This document shows positions 49,067-59,559 of a DNA stretch of 64,000 nucleotides, in pieces (position 1 is the stretch's first letter; each line of letters opens with the position of its first letter). This stretch comes from an uncultured Chlamydiae bacterium (GTDB taxonomy: Bacteria; Chlamydiota; Chlamydiia; Chlamydiales; SM23-39). The notes below the pieces were generated by a model, which did no database searches, was not told the DNA's origin, and saw only the letters and a program-made list of their open reading frames with translations. The translations under genes and the position numbers were made by a program. The stretch lies in assembly GCA_963730605.1 (NCBI GenBank), contig CAVSSM010000001.1, positions 544,001 through 608,000 of the forward strand, written 5' to 3'.

Positions 49067-50488
49067 TTACGACACTTCTGATTTTAAGAGACTTCTGCCA
49101 TACATGTCTTCAAAGCGGACGATATCGTCTTCTCCTAAATACTCCCCCACCTGGGTTTCGATGATTTCTAGTGGAACCTTCCCGGGGTTCGAGACCCGGT
49201 GGACCGCCCCTTTTGGGACATAAATGCTTTCATTTTCATGGACGAGGGTTTCCTTGCCCTGGATGGTCACTTTGGCGGTCCCTTTGACGACCACCCAGTG
49301 CTCGCTTCTATGGAAATGCATCTGCAGACTCAGAGTCTCGCCGGGATGGATGAAGATTTTTTTTATCTTATACCGCTCGCTCACATCGAGGATCGTAAAG
49401 AAGCCCCAGGGACGATTGGTCGTAAGATGCTCTTTGATTTCCTTGCGCCCCATTTGCTTGAGCTTCGCTACGACCTCTTTGACCTTTTGCGATTCCTTTT
49501 TCTTGGCAACGAGGACGACATCGGGCGTTTCGACGATCAGCATATCTTCCAATCCGATGGCTGCGATCAGACGCTTTTCTCCAAGAATGAGAGAGTCTTT
49601 CGTATCCACCTCCACGACCTGGCCCACCGCGGCGTTGCCAGACTCGTCTTTCGGCAGAAGATCGTACACGCTATCCCAGGAACCGACGTCGGACCAACAA
49701 AGGTCTATCGGCAATAGAACCGTTTTTTTCGACCTTTCCATGACCGCGTAATCGATCGATAGATTCGGCATTTTTTCAAAATGGCGCTCGAACTCATCGA
49801 AATCCTTCTCAAAATATTGGGCGATTTCGGGGCTAAACGCGGTCAGCTCGCTTTGCATCGTCTTGATCTGAAAAGCGAACATCCCCGAGTTCCAATAAAA
49901 ATTCCCCGCATCGATATACCTTTTCGCAGTCTCGAGATCGGGTTTTTCGATAAAGCGGGCAACCAAGAGCGCATCCTCGTTAAATGGAGGGCCCGCTTCG
50001 ATGTAGCCGTATCCGGTTTCAGGACTCATGGGGCAAATGCCGAAGGTCGCGATCCTGCCAGCCTCAGCAATCTGGAAGGCTCTCTCTACATAAAAACAAA
50101 ACCGATCTTGCGGTTCGATCATCTGATCGGAGGGCGATACAAATACCGTCTCATCATTTACGCACCCCCGTTTTTCCATGAGGTATTTCATAGCGAAAGC
50201 AATCGCCGGGGCCGTGTTTTTCTGGCAAGGCTCAAGGATGATGTTCTTTTCGAGAGCGGGATGAATCAGCAAAGTTTCCGCCTTCATCGCATAGAGATAG
50301 AGGGGGTTTGTCAGAATAAAAACATCTTCCGGCGCAAAATGGTGCAAGAGTCTCAAGATGGTTTTTTGGATGAGCGTCGTATCGGCGCCGATTTTTAAGA
50401 ATTGCTTGGGATATTCGATCCTCGAACTTGGCCAAAGCCTCGTCCCGCTCCCGCCCGCCAAAATGAGCGCTTTCATTCGATGCTCCAC
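49067..50488 (-). CDS. manC: Mannose-1-phosphate guanylyltransferase / mannose-6-phosphate isomerase
   Basis: LAGGSGTRLWP, SIDYAVME, WSDVGSW and cupin SLQMHFHRSEHW. Confidence 0.96.
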   Translation of the reverse strand: MEHRMKALILAGGSGTRLWPSSRIEYPKQFLKIGADTTLIQKTILRLLHHFAPEDVFILTNPLYLYAMKAETLLIHPALEKNIILEPCQKNTAPAIAFAMKYLMEKRGCVNDETVFVSPSDQMIEPQDRFCFYVERAFQIAEAGRIATFGICPMSPETGYGYIEAGPPFNEDALLVARFIEKPDLETAKRYIDAGNFYWNSGMFAFQIKTMQSELTAFSPEIAQYFEKDFDEFERHFEKMPNLSIDYAVMERSKKTVLLPIDLCWSDVGSWDSVYDLLPKDESGNAAVGQVVEVDTKDSLILGEKRLIAAIGLEDMLIVETPDVVLVAKKKESQKVKEVVAKLKQMGRKEIKEHLTTNRPWGFFTILDVSERYKIKKIFIHPGETLSLQMHFHRSEHWVVVKGTAKVTIQGKETLVHENESIYVPKGAVHRVSNPGKVPLEIIETQVGEYLGEDDIVRFEDMYGRSLLKSEVS

Positions 50489-50533
50489 TAGTAAAATTCA
50501 CATTTATTAGGTATGTTCGCGTAAAGGTCCATT

Positions 50534-51403
50534 TTGTCAAACTTTCGAAAGGGAATCAAATTCGTGATCGGCATCCTCGCAATTTTGAGCGCGGGACTCG
50601 CCATTTTTTTCGTGTTGAGTAGCGAACACGCCTTGATCACCCATCCTAAAGGGCTTATTGCGCGCGAGGAATTGGGGGTGATCTCTAGGCACTTTCTCCT
50701 CATGATGATCATTATTGTTCCGACTTTTCTCGCTCTATTTTGGACCGTTTGGAAATACCGGTCAAAAAACATAGACGCAAAATTCAAGCCGGACGCTACT
50801 TCCAAGGTTTCTGGAGAAGTGATTCTATGGATCATTCCCTCGGTCGTCATCGCCGTAATGTCATTCATGACCTGGAAAGCTACGCATAAACTAGATCCTT
50901 ATAAGCCGCTTGTCAGTGATATTACGCCTCTCACGATCCAGGTGGTGGCTCTCGATTGGAAATGGTTATTCATTTATCCAGAGCAAGAAATTGCAACATT
51001 GAATTTTGTCCAATTTCCTGCCCGCACCCCCATCCATTTCACGCTCGCCGCAGACGGCTCTCCGATGAACTCGTTTTGGCTTCCGCAAATGAGCGGGCAA
51101 ATCTACGCCATGACAGGGATGGTCACTCCCCTTCACATCATGGCAGACGGTCCAGGCGTTTATACGGGAAGAGCCGCTGAAATCAATGGAGAGGGATATG
51201 CGGACATGACCTTTCTTGCAAAATCTACGACGGAGCCCGATTTTGAAGATTGGGTAGCAAGGGTCAAAGAGTCTCCCCTGCAGCTAACGGATGACATTTA
51301 TGACGAGCTTGTCAAGCCTTCCCAAAACAATCCGGTCGCAGTCTATTCTTATGTAGAAAAAGATTTGTTTAATAAAATAGTGATGAAATACATGGCTCAT
51401 TAA
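50534..51403 (+). CDS. cyoA: Cytochrome bo3 quinol oxidase subunit II
   Basis: LDWKWLFIYPEQ and MNSFWLPQMSGQIYAM; exact start uncertain. Confidence 0.93.
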   Translation: MSNFRKGIKFVIGILAILSAGLAIFFVLSSEHALITHPKGLIAREELGVISRHFLLMMIIIVPTFLALFWTVWKYRSKNIDAKFKPDATSKVSGEVILWIIPSVVIAVMSFMTWKATHKLDPYKPLVSDITPLTIQVVALDWKWLFIYPEQEIATLNFVQFPARTPIHFTLAADGSPMNSFWLPQMSGQIYAMTGMVTPLHIMADGPGVYTGRAAEINGEGYADMTFLAKSTTEPDFEDWVARVKESPLQLTDDIYDELVKPSQNNPVAVYSYVEKDLFNKIVMKYMAH

Positions 51404-51405
51404 TA

Positions 51406-53362
51406 ATGGAAAATTTCCTTTCCGGAAAACTGACTGTAGATGCGCTGCCTCACCATTGGTACACGGTAGGCGGGACGATATTTATGGTGCTCGCTGGGCT
51501 GGCCCTTGCAGCGTTTCTTACGAAAACCAAACGATGGGGTTGGCTTTGGAATGAGTGGCTTACATCGACTGATCCCAAAAAAATCGGGACCATGTACATG
51601 ATCTTTTCTTCGGTCATGTTCTTTCGTGGGATGGTCGATGCCGGGATGATCTGGATTCAGCAGGCAATCGCTGCGGATTCCCAAGGATATCTGACCGCGA
51701 CTCACTTTCAAGAAATTTTCACTTCCCATGGCGACATCATGGTTTTTTTCGTAACCATGGGATTATTCTTCGGGCTCATGAATTGGATTGTACCGCTGCA
51801 AATAGGAGCTCGCGATTTGGCTTTCCCCTTTATGAATTCATTGGGTTTTTGGCTCACTGTCGCGGGCGGAATCTTGATTAATTTCTTTTTTGTGATCGGC
51901 GGACATTTTGCCAATACGGGCTGGCTTGCGATCGCACCGCTGTCCGAGCTTGAATTTAACCCGGGCGCTGGAGTCGATTATTTGATTTGGAGTTTGCAGC
52001 TATCCGGTCTTGGGGAGCCTGCTCGCAGGAATTAACTTTACCGTAACGATCATCAAAAAACGGGCCCCGGGGATGACTGTAATGAAAATGCCTCTTTTCA
52101 TCTGGGCCTCTTTATGCGCTATGATTCTCATTATCTCGGCATTCCCCGTGCTTACCGCAACTACATTCCTTCTTTGGCTTGACCGCACTTTTGCGATGCG
52201 TATCTTTACTCCTGGATTCGGGGGCAATCAAATGATGTACTTCAATCTCATTTGGATGTGGGGACATCCCGAGGTATATATTTTAGTTATTCCATCATTT
52301 GGAATGTTCTCGGAAATCATATCCACTTTTTCGCAAAAAAAGATATTTGGATATAATTCCATGGTATTCGCTCTTCTTTCTATAACCCTTCTTTCTTATT
52401 TGGTATGGCTGCATCACTTTTTTACGATGGGCTCTGGGGCGAGTGTGAACACTTTCTTTGCGATTGTGACCCTTGTGATCGCGATCCCATCGGGAGTCCA
52501 AGTATTTAACTGGATCCTCACTATGCACCAGGGAAGAGTGATCTTTGCATCCCCAATGTATTGGACGATAGGGTTTATCTGCATATTTATGATCGGAGGC
52601 ATGGCCGGACTCACATTGGCAGCTCCACCCGCGGATTTTCAAGTACATAACAGTTTATTTTTGGTTGCCCATTTCCATACCATGATCGTTGGAGTCGCCC
52701 TTTTTGGAATTTTTGCCGGGATTACTTATTGGTTCCCCAAGATTTTTGGATTTACTCTCAATGAACACTTAGGCAAGCGCGCTTTTTGGTTCTGGCTAGT
52801 CGGATTTTTTGTCTCGTTTCTTCCCCTCTATGTTTTGGGATTCATGGGAGCGCCGAGAAGGCTCGATCACTATGCGGCTTCGACCCATTGGCAGCCATTA
52901 TTTATCACATCCGCCGTGGGATTTGTCCTCATTTCCTGCGGGGTCATCACTCAAATCATCCAGCTCGTGATCAGCATTAAAGAAAGAAAAAAGCATTTGG
53001 ACAAGACCGGCGATCCTTGGAACGGCAGAACGCTTGAGTGGTCAACCCCCTCGCCGCCTCCTTTTTATAACTATACGGTCATTCCCACTGTGTCGAGCCG
53101 TGAAGAATTTTGGGACATGAAAAAAAGAGGCAGGCCCAAGCCCCAGTATGAGGATATTTTAATATTCAAGAATACGGGGATGGGGATCTATATAGCGGGC
53201 TTTGCTTTCGTGTTTGGATTTGCTGTGGTTTGGCACCTCATCTGGCTTGCCGCCATTGGCCTTGGCGGCGCCATCGCTTGCGTCATCATCTGCTCTTTCA
53301 ATGAGGATATAGAATACGAACTGCCCGCGAAAGAGGTCAAGCGCATGGAAGCGCGAGGATAA
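51406..53362 (+). CDS. cyoB: Cytochrome bo3 quinol oxidase subunit I (extra G near 52012)
   Basis: WGHPEVY, VWLHHFF and AHFH motifs. Confidence 0.95.
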
Positions 53363-53368
53363 CAGCTC

Positions 53369-53926
53369 ATGGACGATGTAAAAGTTTTCGGTTTCTGGAT
53401 TTATCTGATGACCGACATCGTCATCTTCGCTGCTCTTTTTGCAACCTTCGTCGTTTTGCAGAGCTCCACATTCGGAGGCCCTTCGGGCCATACCCTCTTT
53501 GAGTTACCCTCGGTAATCGAAGAGACTCTCATCCTATTGTCAAGCAGCTTTACATGTTCCTTGGCAACGCTTGCGGTGCATCGCAAGCAACGGGGCTGGG
53601 TTATTTTCTGGTTCCTCGTCACCTTTGCCTTTGGAGTAGCCTTCCTTTTTCTCGAAATCTCAGAATTTTCCAAATTCATCCATGAGGGCGCAGGGCCGCA
53701 GCGAAGCGGGTTCCTCTCTTCCTTTTTCATATTAGTGGGCACTCATGGACTCCATATCACAGTAGGGTTATTGTGGATGGCTGTGGCGACCTTTCGTCTC
53801 ATCTTTCGCCCTCTTTCGGCGTTCGCTATTTCTCAGATTTTCCGTCTCGCCTTCTTCTGGCATTTCCTGGACGTTGTTTGGGTCTTTATTTTTTCCGTTG
53901 TCTATTCTATGGGGATCTTAGAATGA
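53369..53926 (+). CDS. cyoC: Cytochrome bo3 quinol oxidase subunit III
   Basis: FGFWIYLMTD, GTHGLH and FWHFLDVVW. Confidence 0.95.
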   Translation: MDDVKVFGFWIYLMTDIVIFAALFATFVVLQSSTFGGPSGHTLFELPSVIEETLILLSSSFTCSLATLAVHRKQRGWVIFWFLVTFAFGVAFLFLEISEFSKFIHEGAGPQRSGFLSSFFILVGTHGLHITVGLLWMAVATFRLIFRPLSAFAISQIFRLAFFWHFLDVVWVFIFSVVYSMGILE

Positions 53927-53938
53927 AAGAGGCATCCC

Positions 53939-54256
53939 ATGCATAGCTCGCTCATAGCGCGCATCATCGGATATGTAGGATCGCTGATCTTGACGATCAC
54001 TGTTTTTTTCATTGTCGTTCATCCAGAGTTTTTTCACCTGGTCGCTAAAACGGCTATCCCTGTTATTTTTATTCTTGCTCTCTTGCAGAGCGCCGTACAG
54101 TCAATATTTTTCCTAAATGTCCTCAGTGAAAAAGGACCTCGCTGGAATTTAATTGTTTTTTCTTCCACGGTTTCGATCGTCATCATCATTGTCTGCTTCT
54201 CGATCTGGATCATGCACCACCTCGATACCCATATGATGCCTCATCATCATCATTGA
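53939..54256 (+). CDS. cyoD: Cytochrome bo3 quinol oxidase subunit IV
   Basis: Three TM segments, SIWIM motif; synteny. Confidence 0.9.
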   Translation: MHSSLIARIIGYVGSLILTITVFFIVVHPEFFHLVAKTAIPVIFILALLQSAVQSIFFLNVLSEKGPRWNLIVFSSTVSIVIIIVCFSIWIMHHLDTHMMPHHHH

Positions 54257-54344
54257 CTGGAAAGGAGTCCTTCTAGCATCTTCATCTCTCTTTATCGGGA
54301 GAAAGCCTTATGCAAATTTTTTATGCCCAGATCCTTTAGAAACA

Positions 54345-54557
54345 GTGACAAAACATGAAAAGTTTCCAACGCGCGCCGCATTTCAAGGCTTTTTGAGGCA
54401 GTGGTTTCCTTATTTGAGACCGCTTCCTGCCGATTTAAAGGACATTTTTCTTGACCAGTTGGTAGACTCTTATTTGAACCTCCTTCCCCCTGACGAAAAG
54501 GGGCAAGTGAGTTTTATTGTGACTCGCCTAGAAGTCGAAGCAAGAAAAGGATCGTAG
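54345..54557 (+). pseudogene. Possible C-terminal fragment of a SAM methyltransferase
   Basis: FLRQWFPYLRPLP..RLEVEARK resembles methyltransferase tails; no N-terminus. Confidence 0.4.
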
Positions 54558-54558
54558 T

Positions 54559-55005
54559 ATGACGATGATCGAGCAAGTCAATCAGGGTTTGAAAGAAGCG
54601 ATGAGAAACCGAGACCAGCTTAGGGTCGATACGTTCCGCATGCTCAAATCGAAAATCTTGGCGGCTGACGCTCGCAGCAACCTTTCCGATGCCGAAGTTC
54701 TAAAGCTATTCAAAACCTACTTCGGCAATCTTCAAGAAGCTCTAGAGCAGGCTGAGGCCGCTAACCGACCCGATATCGCTGAGAGATTAAAAGGCGAGCT
54801 AGCGATCATTCAAGAATTTTTACCTAAAACTCCAACTCCAGAAGAAACCAAAGAACTCGTGATCCAGGCCATTGCCAGTTCAGGAGCCAAGACAAAAAAA
54901 GATCTTGGGTTGGTGATGAAGAGCGTTATAACGCTGAACAGCGCAGTGGATGGAAAGTTAGCAAGCAGCTTAGCGAGTCAGCTGCTGGGCGATTCAGAGA
55001 ATTGA
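54559..55005 (+). CDS. GatB/YqeY domain protein
   Basis: LKEAMRNRD..RMLKS, IIQEFLP and DLGLVMK. Confidence 0.9.
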   Translation: MTMIEQVNQGLKEAMRNRDQLRVDTFRMLKSKILAADARSNLSDAEVLKLFKTYFGNLQEALEQAEAANRPDIAERLKGELAIIQEFLPKTPTPEETKELVIQAIASSGAKTKKDLGLVMKSVITLNSAVDGKLASSLASQLLGDSEN

Positions 55006-55673
55006 TGAAGGCCATTGGGATCGTCGGCGGAGCAGGGCCCGCGGCCAGCGCGTTTCTCTACGCGTCAATTGTTAAGGTTTGCCAAGATCAGTATGGAGCG
55101 AACGACTACAACGAATTTCCTGAGATGATCCTGGTCAGCTATCCTTTTACTCGCGGCAACGAGACTAAAATCCGCAAAGAAATTTCTCTTTGCCTATCAA
55201 AACTTCAAATAGCGGGAGCTACTCTTTTTTGCATTGCTTCCCATTCCTTTCATGGATTTTTGCCCACTTTGCCCAAGAATGGGTTCGTGAGCATAGTGGA
55301 TGAAGGATTGAAAGAAGCCTCTCTTCTCCAATGCTCAAAAGCATTAATCCTCGCCGCTCCGCTTACGATTTCTCTGAAACTTTATGAGCAATCGGATATT
55401 GAATGCCTCTACCCTCCTCCAGAAGAGCAGCAGCGCGTGAATCAAATCATTCGAGAAATCGCTGGGGGAAAAGTCGATGAAACCCAAGCGAATCAATTGA
55501 GAAAAATAATCTCTGGAATGCACGAGATCTCTTCTTTTAATGGAGTGATCCTTGCCTGCACAGAGCTTCCTCTACTTCATAGCAAACTGCCCCTATCGGA
55601 CAATCTTCCCATCGTCGATACCCTTCAAGTCTTGTCGACAAAACTAGCGGCTGAGGCAAGGGGACTGAAATGA
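55002..55673 (+). CDS. Aspartate/glutamate racemase family protein
   Basis: IGIVGGAGP and ILACTEL; the first catalytic position reads IASHSFH. Confidence 0.85.
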   Translation: MMKAIGIVGGAGPAASAFLYASIVKVCQDQYGANDYNEFPEMILVSYPFTRGNETKIRKEISLCLSKLQIAGATLFCIASHSFHGFLPTLPKNGFVSIVDEGLKEASLLQCSKALILAAPLTISLKLYEQSDIECLYPPPEEQQRVNQIIREIAGGKVDETQANQLRKIISGMHEISSFNGVILACTELPLLHSKLPLSDNLPIVDTLQVLSTKLAAEARGLK

Positions 55674-55740
55674 ATTCTATGGTCCTTTATAACCCCTTCT
55701 TCGCCCTCTTGCGGCCGATCTCGTAGACAGGATAGATATC
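55655..55740. repeat. Direct repeat of 62189-62276 (racemase end plus 3' end of the YqfO-like gene)
   Basis: Shared gaaatgaattctatggtc..gccctcttgcggccgatctcgtagacaggatagatatc. Confidence 0.88.
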
Positions 55741-56352
55741 GACAAAATATCGCCAGTCAGATACGCGATATGGGAGCGGATTATGTATTAGCCCTGAAGG
55801 CAAATCAACCCACCCTTCAGGATGAAGTGGCGAATTATTTCGACCAGGCAGCAGAGGCCGGAGATGAATATGCACCGTTGAACATTTTTCAAACGGAGGA
55901 GAGAGGTCATGGACGAATGGAGTTCAGAAAGATTTATGCGACGGATGATTTGGACTGGTTGCCTCAGAAGAACGAGTGGGTGGGCCTACGGTCTATCATC
56001 AAATTAGACTCGGTGAGATGGGCAGAGGGCAAAAGACAACAGGAAATCAAGTATTACATCAGCAGTTTACCACCCGAAGCGGAAACCCTCTCTCGTGTGA
56101 TTAGAGGGCATTGGAGCATTGAGAGCAGATGTCATTGGGTATTGGATGTGGTATTCGCCGAAGATCGCAATCCGATAGTAGAAGGGCACGCTCCAGAAAA
56201 TCTGAGGGCTGTGAACTTGTTAGCGGCAAAAATGTTGAAAGAGGAAAAATCGTGTAGAAAGGGCATTAGAGCCAAACGGTTTAAGGCGGCGCTTGATAAT
56301 GACTACCTACACAGGGTATTGCTGGCCGCTAACTTTTGATGCGCTCGCCCTG
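55741..56352 (+). mobile_element. 5'-truncated ISAs1-family element
   Basis: GADYVLALKANQ, IRGHWSIE and HWVLDVVFAED; right end gcgctcgccctg. Confidence 0.88.
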
Positions 56353-56562
56353 GACTATCTGGAGTCACAGCTGAAATATTCCATCGGTGATTATCCAGGT
56401 GCAATTCAAATTGCAAAAAAGGGTCTGGAGCGAGCGGAAAAGTTAGGCGCAAAAGAAGATCAACGTCGTCTCAATGCGCTCTTGCAAGAGGCGTTGTCAA
56501 AAAATGAAACGGTGCATAGATAAATCCCAATAACCGATTTAGCCTTGTATCTTGAGTTGTAT

Positions 56563-57480
56563 TCAAAAAAGGCGCTGAACTCTTTCTTCAACGAGCTTCA
56601 AATAAGCGCTTATTTTCCCGAGGGAAAGAAAGGAACTGGAAATAAGCTCCTTCCAAGCTGGAACGGAACGTTGAAAATCAGTCAAGATTTCACTGATGAG
56701 GGAATTCGGTAGGCCCAACTTTTCTTTGCCGTAGTATTCCACAAAGTCGTCTCGCTTCAAGTTTGTTTTCTTGCCTCGGAGTGGCAATCCGATTTCTTCT
56801 TTGCTATTCATGACAATCGTCGAATTCACTAGATCATAGGCGGGAGAAAGTCTGACAATATCCTCATCGTGGATCATCGAAAAATTTTTCACATGCATAT
56901 CTTCATTGCCCACCAGAAAATTAAACAAAGTCAAGCGAAACAACTTTGCCTTATCCAGCAATTTAACCGAACAGAATTTGTCGATAATAGCAATCAATCT
57001 TTCCATGCTAAATTCATATTTTGCTTCGTTGGAAAGTCCTGCAAGCTGTCCAAAATCTTCGATTGCGATTTTCTCTTTTCCTTTCCGGTCGAACCGTTTC
57101 ACAAAATAAACCAATGAGCGATCGACTGCGTATATCATCCCATGTAAAGGCACTTCGATATTTGCCAGTGCCGCCATTCGCATGGTTAAATCCTCATTTT
57201 GAGGTAACTCCTGATACATGGCGTGAGGCAGCTTGAGAATAAACGTGCCCCCGGAACGAACGATTTCAAAGGTTTCCTCTTTCAGATTCAGCTTTGCATT
57301 CAGTTTTGGCTGTACACCGGAGAATGAGAGCTTATCCGAATATTGAATCGCCAGCTCTAATTGCTGCGATTGTCCGTAGGGAAAGTCCTTGAAACGCACC
57401 AGACTGCGCGACAATAGCTTCAGCCCACGTTCGGAATAATGATTTTCGCATTTTTCATAGGTGATCGGGCATCGATTCAT
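56563..57480 (-). CDS. HipA/HipT-like kinase toxin
   Basis: SFSGVQPK, KRFDR, GNEDMHVKNFS and LSPAYD. Confidence 0.92.
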   Translation of the reverse strand: MNRCPITYEKCENHYSERGLKLLSRSLVRFKDFPYGQSQQLELAIQYSDKLSFSGVQPKLNAKLNLKEETFEIVRSGGTFILKLPHAMYQELPQNEDLTMRMAALANIEVPLHGMIYAVDRSLVYFVKRFDRKGKEKIAIEDFGQLAGLSNEAKYEFSMERLIAIIDKFCSVKLLDKAKLFRLTLFNFLVGNEDMHVKNFSMIHDEDIVRLSPAYDLVNSTIVMNSKEEIGLPLRGKKTNLKRDDFVEYYGKEKLGLPNSLISEILTDFQRSVPAWKELISSSFLSLGKISAYLKLVEERVQRLF

Positions 57481-57784
57481 CTTGCTCCACCGTAATGTTG
57501 CCCACCAGCTCCCCTCCCACTCGCATCAGTTGCTCAAAACGGTCGTTTTTATCTAGTTTTGCTTTGCGGAGTAAAGCATCCAACATGAAACCCTCCGGCA
57601 AAAACCCATCGAAAAACGGAGGAAAGCGATCAAAATAATACGCTTCCTGGCTTATCGGCATGGTCAGGCTGATGGCCGAACCGCGATATCCTTCGAGATA
57701 GGCGAATTCATAGCTTTGATTTTTCTTTTTTTCGAATAAATGACCTGCCAAGACGCCATCGACAAAAACTTTAGCTCGTTTCAT
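57455..57784 (-). CDS. HipA N-terminal-domain (HipS-like) protein
   Basis: YEFAY, ISLTMP and PPFFDGFLPEG. Confidence 0.88.
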   Translation of the reverse strand: MKRAKVFVDGVLAGHLFEKKKNQSYEFAYLEGYRGSAISLTMPISQEAYYFDRFPPFFDGFLPEGFMLDALLRKAKLDKNDRFEQLMRVGGELVGNITVEQDESMPDHL

Positions 57785-58010
57785 CTTTCTCAAACCTATG
57801 CATTAGGGGGCTTTGAAACTCCATTTGGATATTCAATACATGTAATACAGCCAGTAGAGTAGCAAGGCGTACCGTCTTTTTGCCCTTTTCAATATCGAAT
57901 ACCGCAGTTTTTCCGATTTCGGCCAATTTGGCCAATTCGAGCTGCGTCAGCTTCGCTTTTTTGCGGTGAAACCGCACCATTCGAGCAATCTTTCCGACCA
58001 AAGCATCCAT
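57771..58010 (-). CDS. HipB-like XRE helix-turn-helix regulator
   Basis: RKKAKLTQLELAKLA..IEKGK. Confidence 0.9.
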   Translation of the reverse strand: MDALVGKIARMVRFHRKKAKLTQLELAKLAEIGKTAVFDIEKGKKTVRLATLLAVLHVLNIQMEFQSPLMHRFEKDETS

Positions 58011-58012
58011 AT

Positions 58013-58106
58013 TTTACTGCTATATCGGTAAATATAGCGTTAAATCAGCATTTTTTCAAAGTTGGATCGTAAATACTCTCAAATTTACCGCTTTAGCGGT
58101 AAATTT
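58013..58106. promoter_or_regulatory. Two candidate HipB operators
   Basis: TTTACTGCTATATCGGTAAA (58013-58032) and TTTACCGCTTTAGCGGTAAA (58084-58103). Confidence 0.65.
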
Positions 58107-58130
58107 GAAGGAGGCATCGTATAGAATCGA

Positions 58131-59156
58131 TTAGTAATCGAGGCGAAAATTGATGGTAAGGCCTTGAAGAACAAGGTCGTTGTTATGTTGTCCGGTGTTA
58201 TCATCGAATAGCTGATAGGCGCTGAACCAGTCTTGGATCTCATAACCCATTTTGAAGGAAAAATGGGATTGGTCTTGCCGGAAATTGAAATCGAATCCAA
58301 GTCCAATCAAACTTTGAAGCACAAGAGCGCCAAAGTTGCTGTTTGACATTTCCGTATTAACAGATACGAGAAAGTTATCCTGGAAATGATCTTTAAATTT
58401 CCAATGGCCCCAGAGAAAACCGGCTGCAAAATCTGCAATCAGACTAAAGACATATTTGTCGAGATCGTTAAAAACCCACTTGCTGCCTACGCCTCCCTTA
58501 GGGCCCAGGCCCCGGAAATTTTGTTTTAAATTCTCCGTAGCTGTGAGCGTAGTTCCGAGAAGGGGAAAAGAGATCGTAGGATTCTGCCAATTTGAGTAAA
58601 TCGTTTGATCGATCAATCCGCCTTTGAGTCCGATCAGGGGGCGAATCGAGAGATCCTTTCCGATCCAAAAGGCTCGCCCTACATCCCAATCTAATATATT
58701 GAAATTGATGTTCCAGTGCAGTTGGCCGGAGATGAAGCTTTCAGCCAAAGCCGTCGTAAAACCCCAGAAGGCAGGTTTGATGATTCCAGGACCTGGCTGA
58801 ATCGCATCAAAGGCGCGTGTGCGAAACCAAGTATAGGTTAACTGCGTATCCCATCCGTCATAATCCATATTATAGCCAATGCCGATCCTAAACCCGGGAT
58901 CCCAACCAAAAGAGACGCTTTTGAAACTGTGGGTTTGCATATTGGGATTGTCGATGAAATTGACCAGCGCCCAGTCGACTGATTCGGTTGCATGCCAAAA
59001 GAGAGCGTTGGCAAAGATATCTAGGTTGCTGCAGGAGTTTTGCGGGCGATCAGCAAGATAGAGAAGACAGCAATCAGCATCGAGCGGCTGTTCAGTCTTG
59101 TTTTGGGCGTAGAGCCCGATGCCTAGCAGGGTCGAGAAGAAAAAAAGGGGGGTCAT
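58131..59156 (-). CDS. MOMP-like (Lpg1974-type) outer membrane beta-barrel
   Basis: WDPGFRIGIGY, GYEIQDW and C-terminal LQGLTINFRLDY. Confidence 0.82.
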   Translation of the reverse strand: MTPLFFFSTLLGIGLYAQNKTEQPLDADCCLLYLADRPQNSCSNLDIFANALFWHATESVDWALVNFIDNPNMQTHSFKSVSFGWDPGFRIGIGYNMDYDGWDTQLTYTWFRTRAFDAIQPGPGIIKPAFWGFTTALAESFISGQLHWNINFNILDWDVGRAFWIGKDLSIRPLIGLKGGLIDQTIYSNWQNPTISFPLLGTTLTATENLKQNFRGLGPKGGVGSKWVFNDLDKYVFSLIADFAAGFLWGHWKFKDHFQDNFLVSVNTEMSNSNFGALVLQSLIGLGFDFNFRQDQSHFSFKMGYEIQDWFSAYQLFDDNTGQHNNDLVLQGLTINFRLDY

Positions 59157-59244
59157 AAACCGATCAGCAAAGTAGAGTGATAAGGCTTTAAAAAGCTTTT
59201 TGAAATCCAAACACTCGACGAAATCAGAATCCATTAACAGTCTC

Positions 59245-59559
59245 CTAAAAGTCGAAACGGGCATTGAATGTTCCCCCTTGCAATGTCAAATCGCCGTGCA
59301 CAGGTAATTGCTGCAGTGTGGGGATCCTGAGTTGATTGAACCAAACCTGCAATTCGTATCCCAATTTTACAGCAAAGCCATATCGGCACGTATGGGTATC
59401 CCACCCAATTCCTAAAAAACCCCTCAGTGTCAAGGAGCCAAGAGACGTTATGTCGCTTTTGACGGGAATTTCTATCGTTGGATTTGTGTATACGTCTTTC
59501 ACGTTCCAATTTCCCCATAGCATCCCAGTTGCAAATTCGCCGAGGAGATTGATGGAATG
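59245..59559 (-). pseudogene. 3' fragment of a second MOMP-like porin, cut by IS3
   Basis: GYELQVWFNQ..DLTLQGGTFNARFDF; abuts the IS3 left end. Confidence 0.8.
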
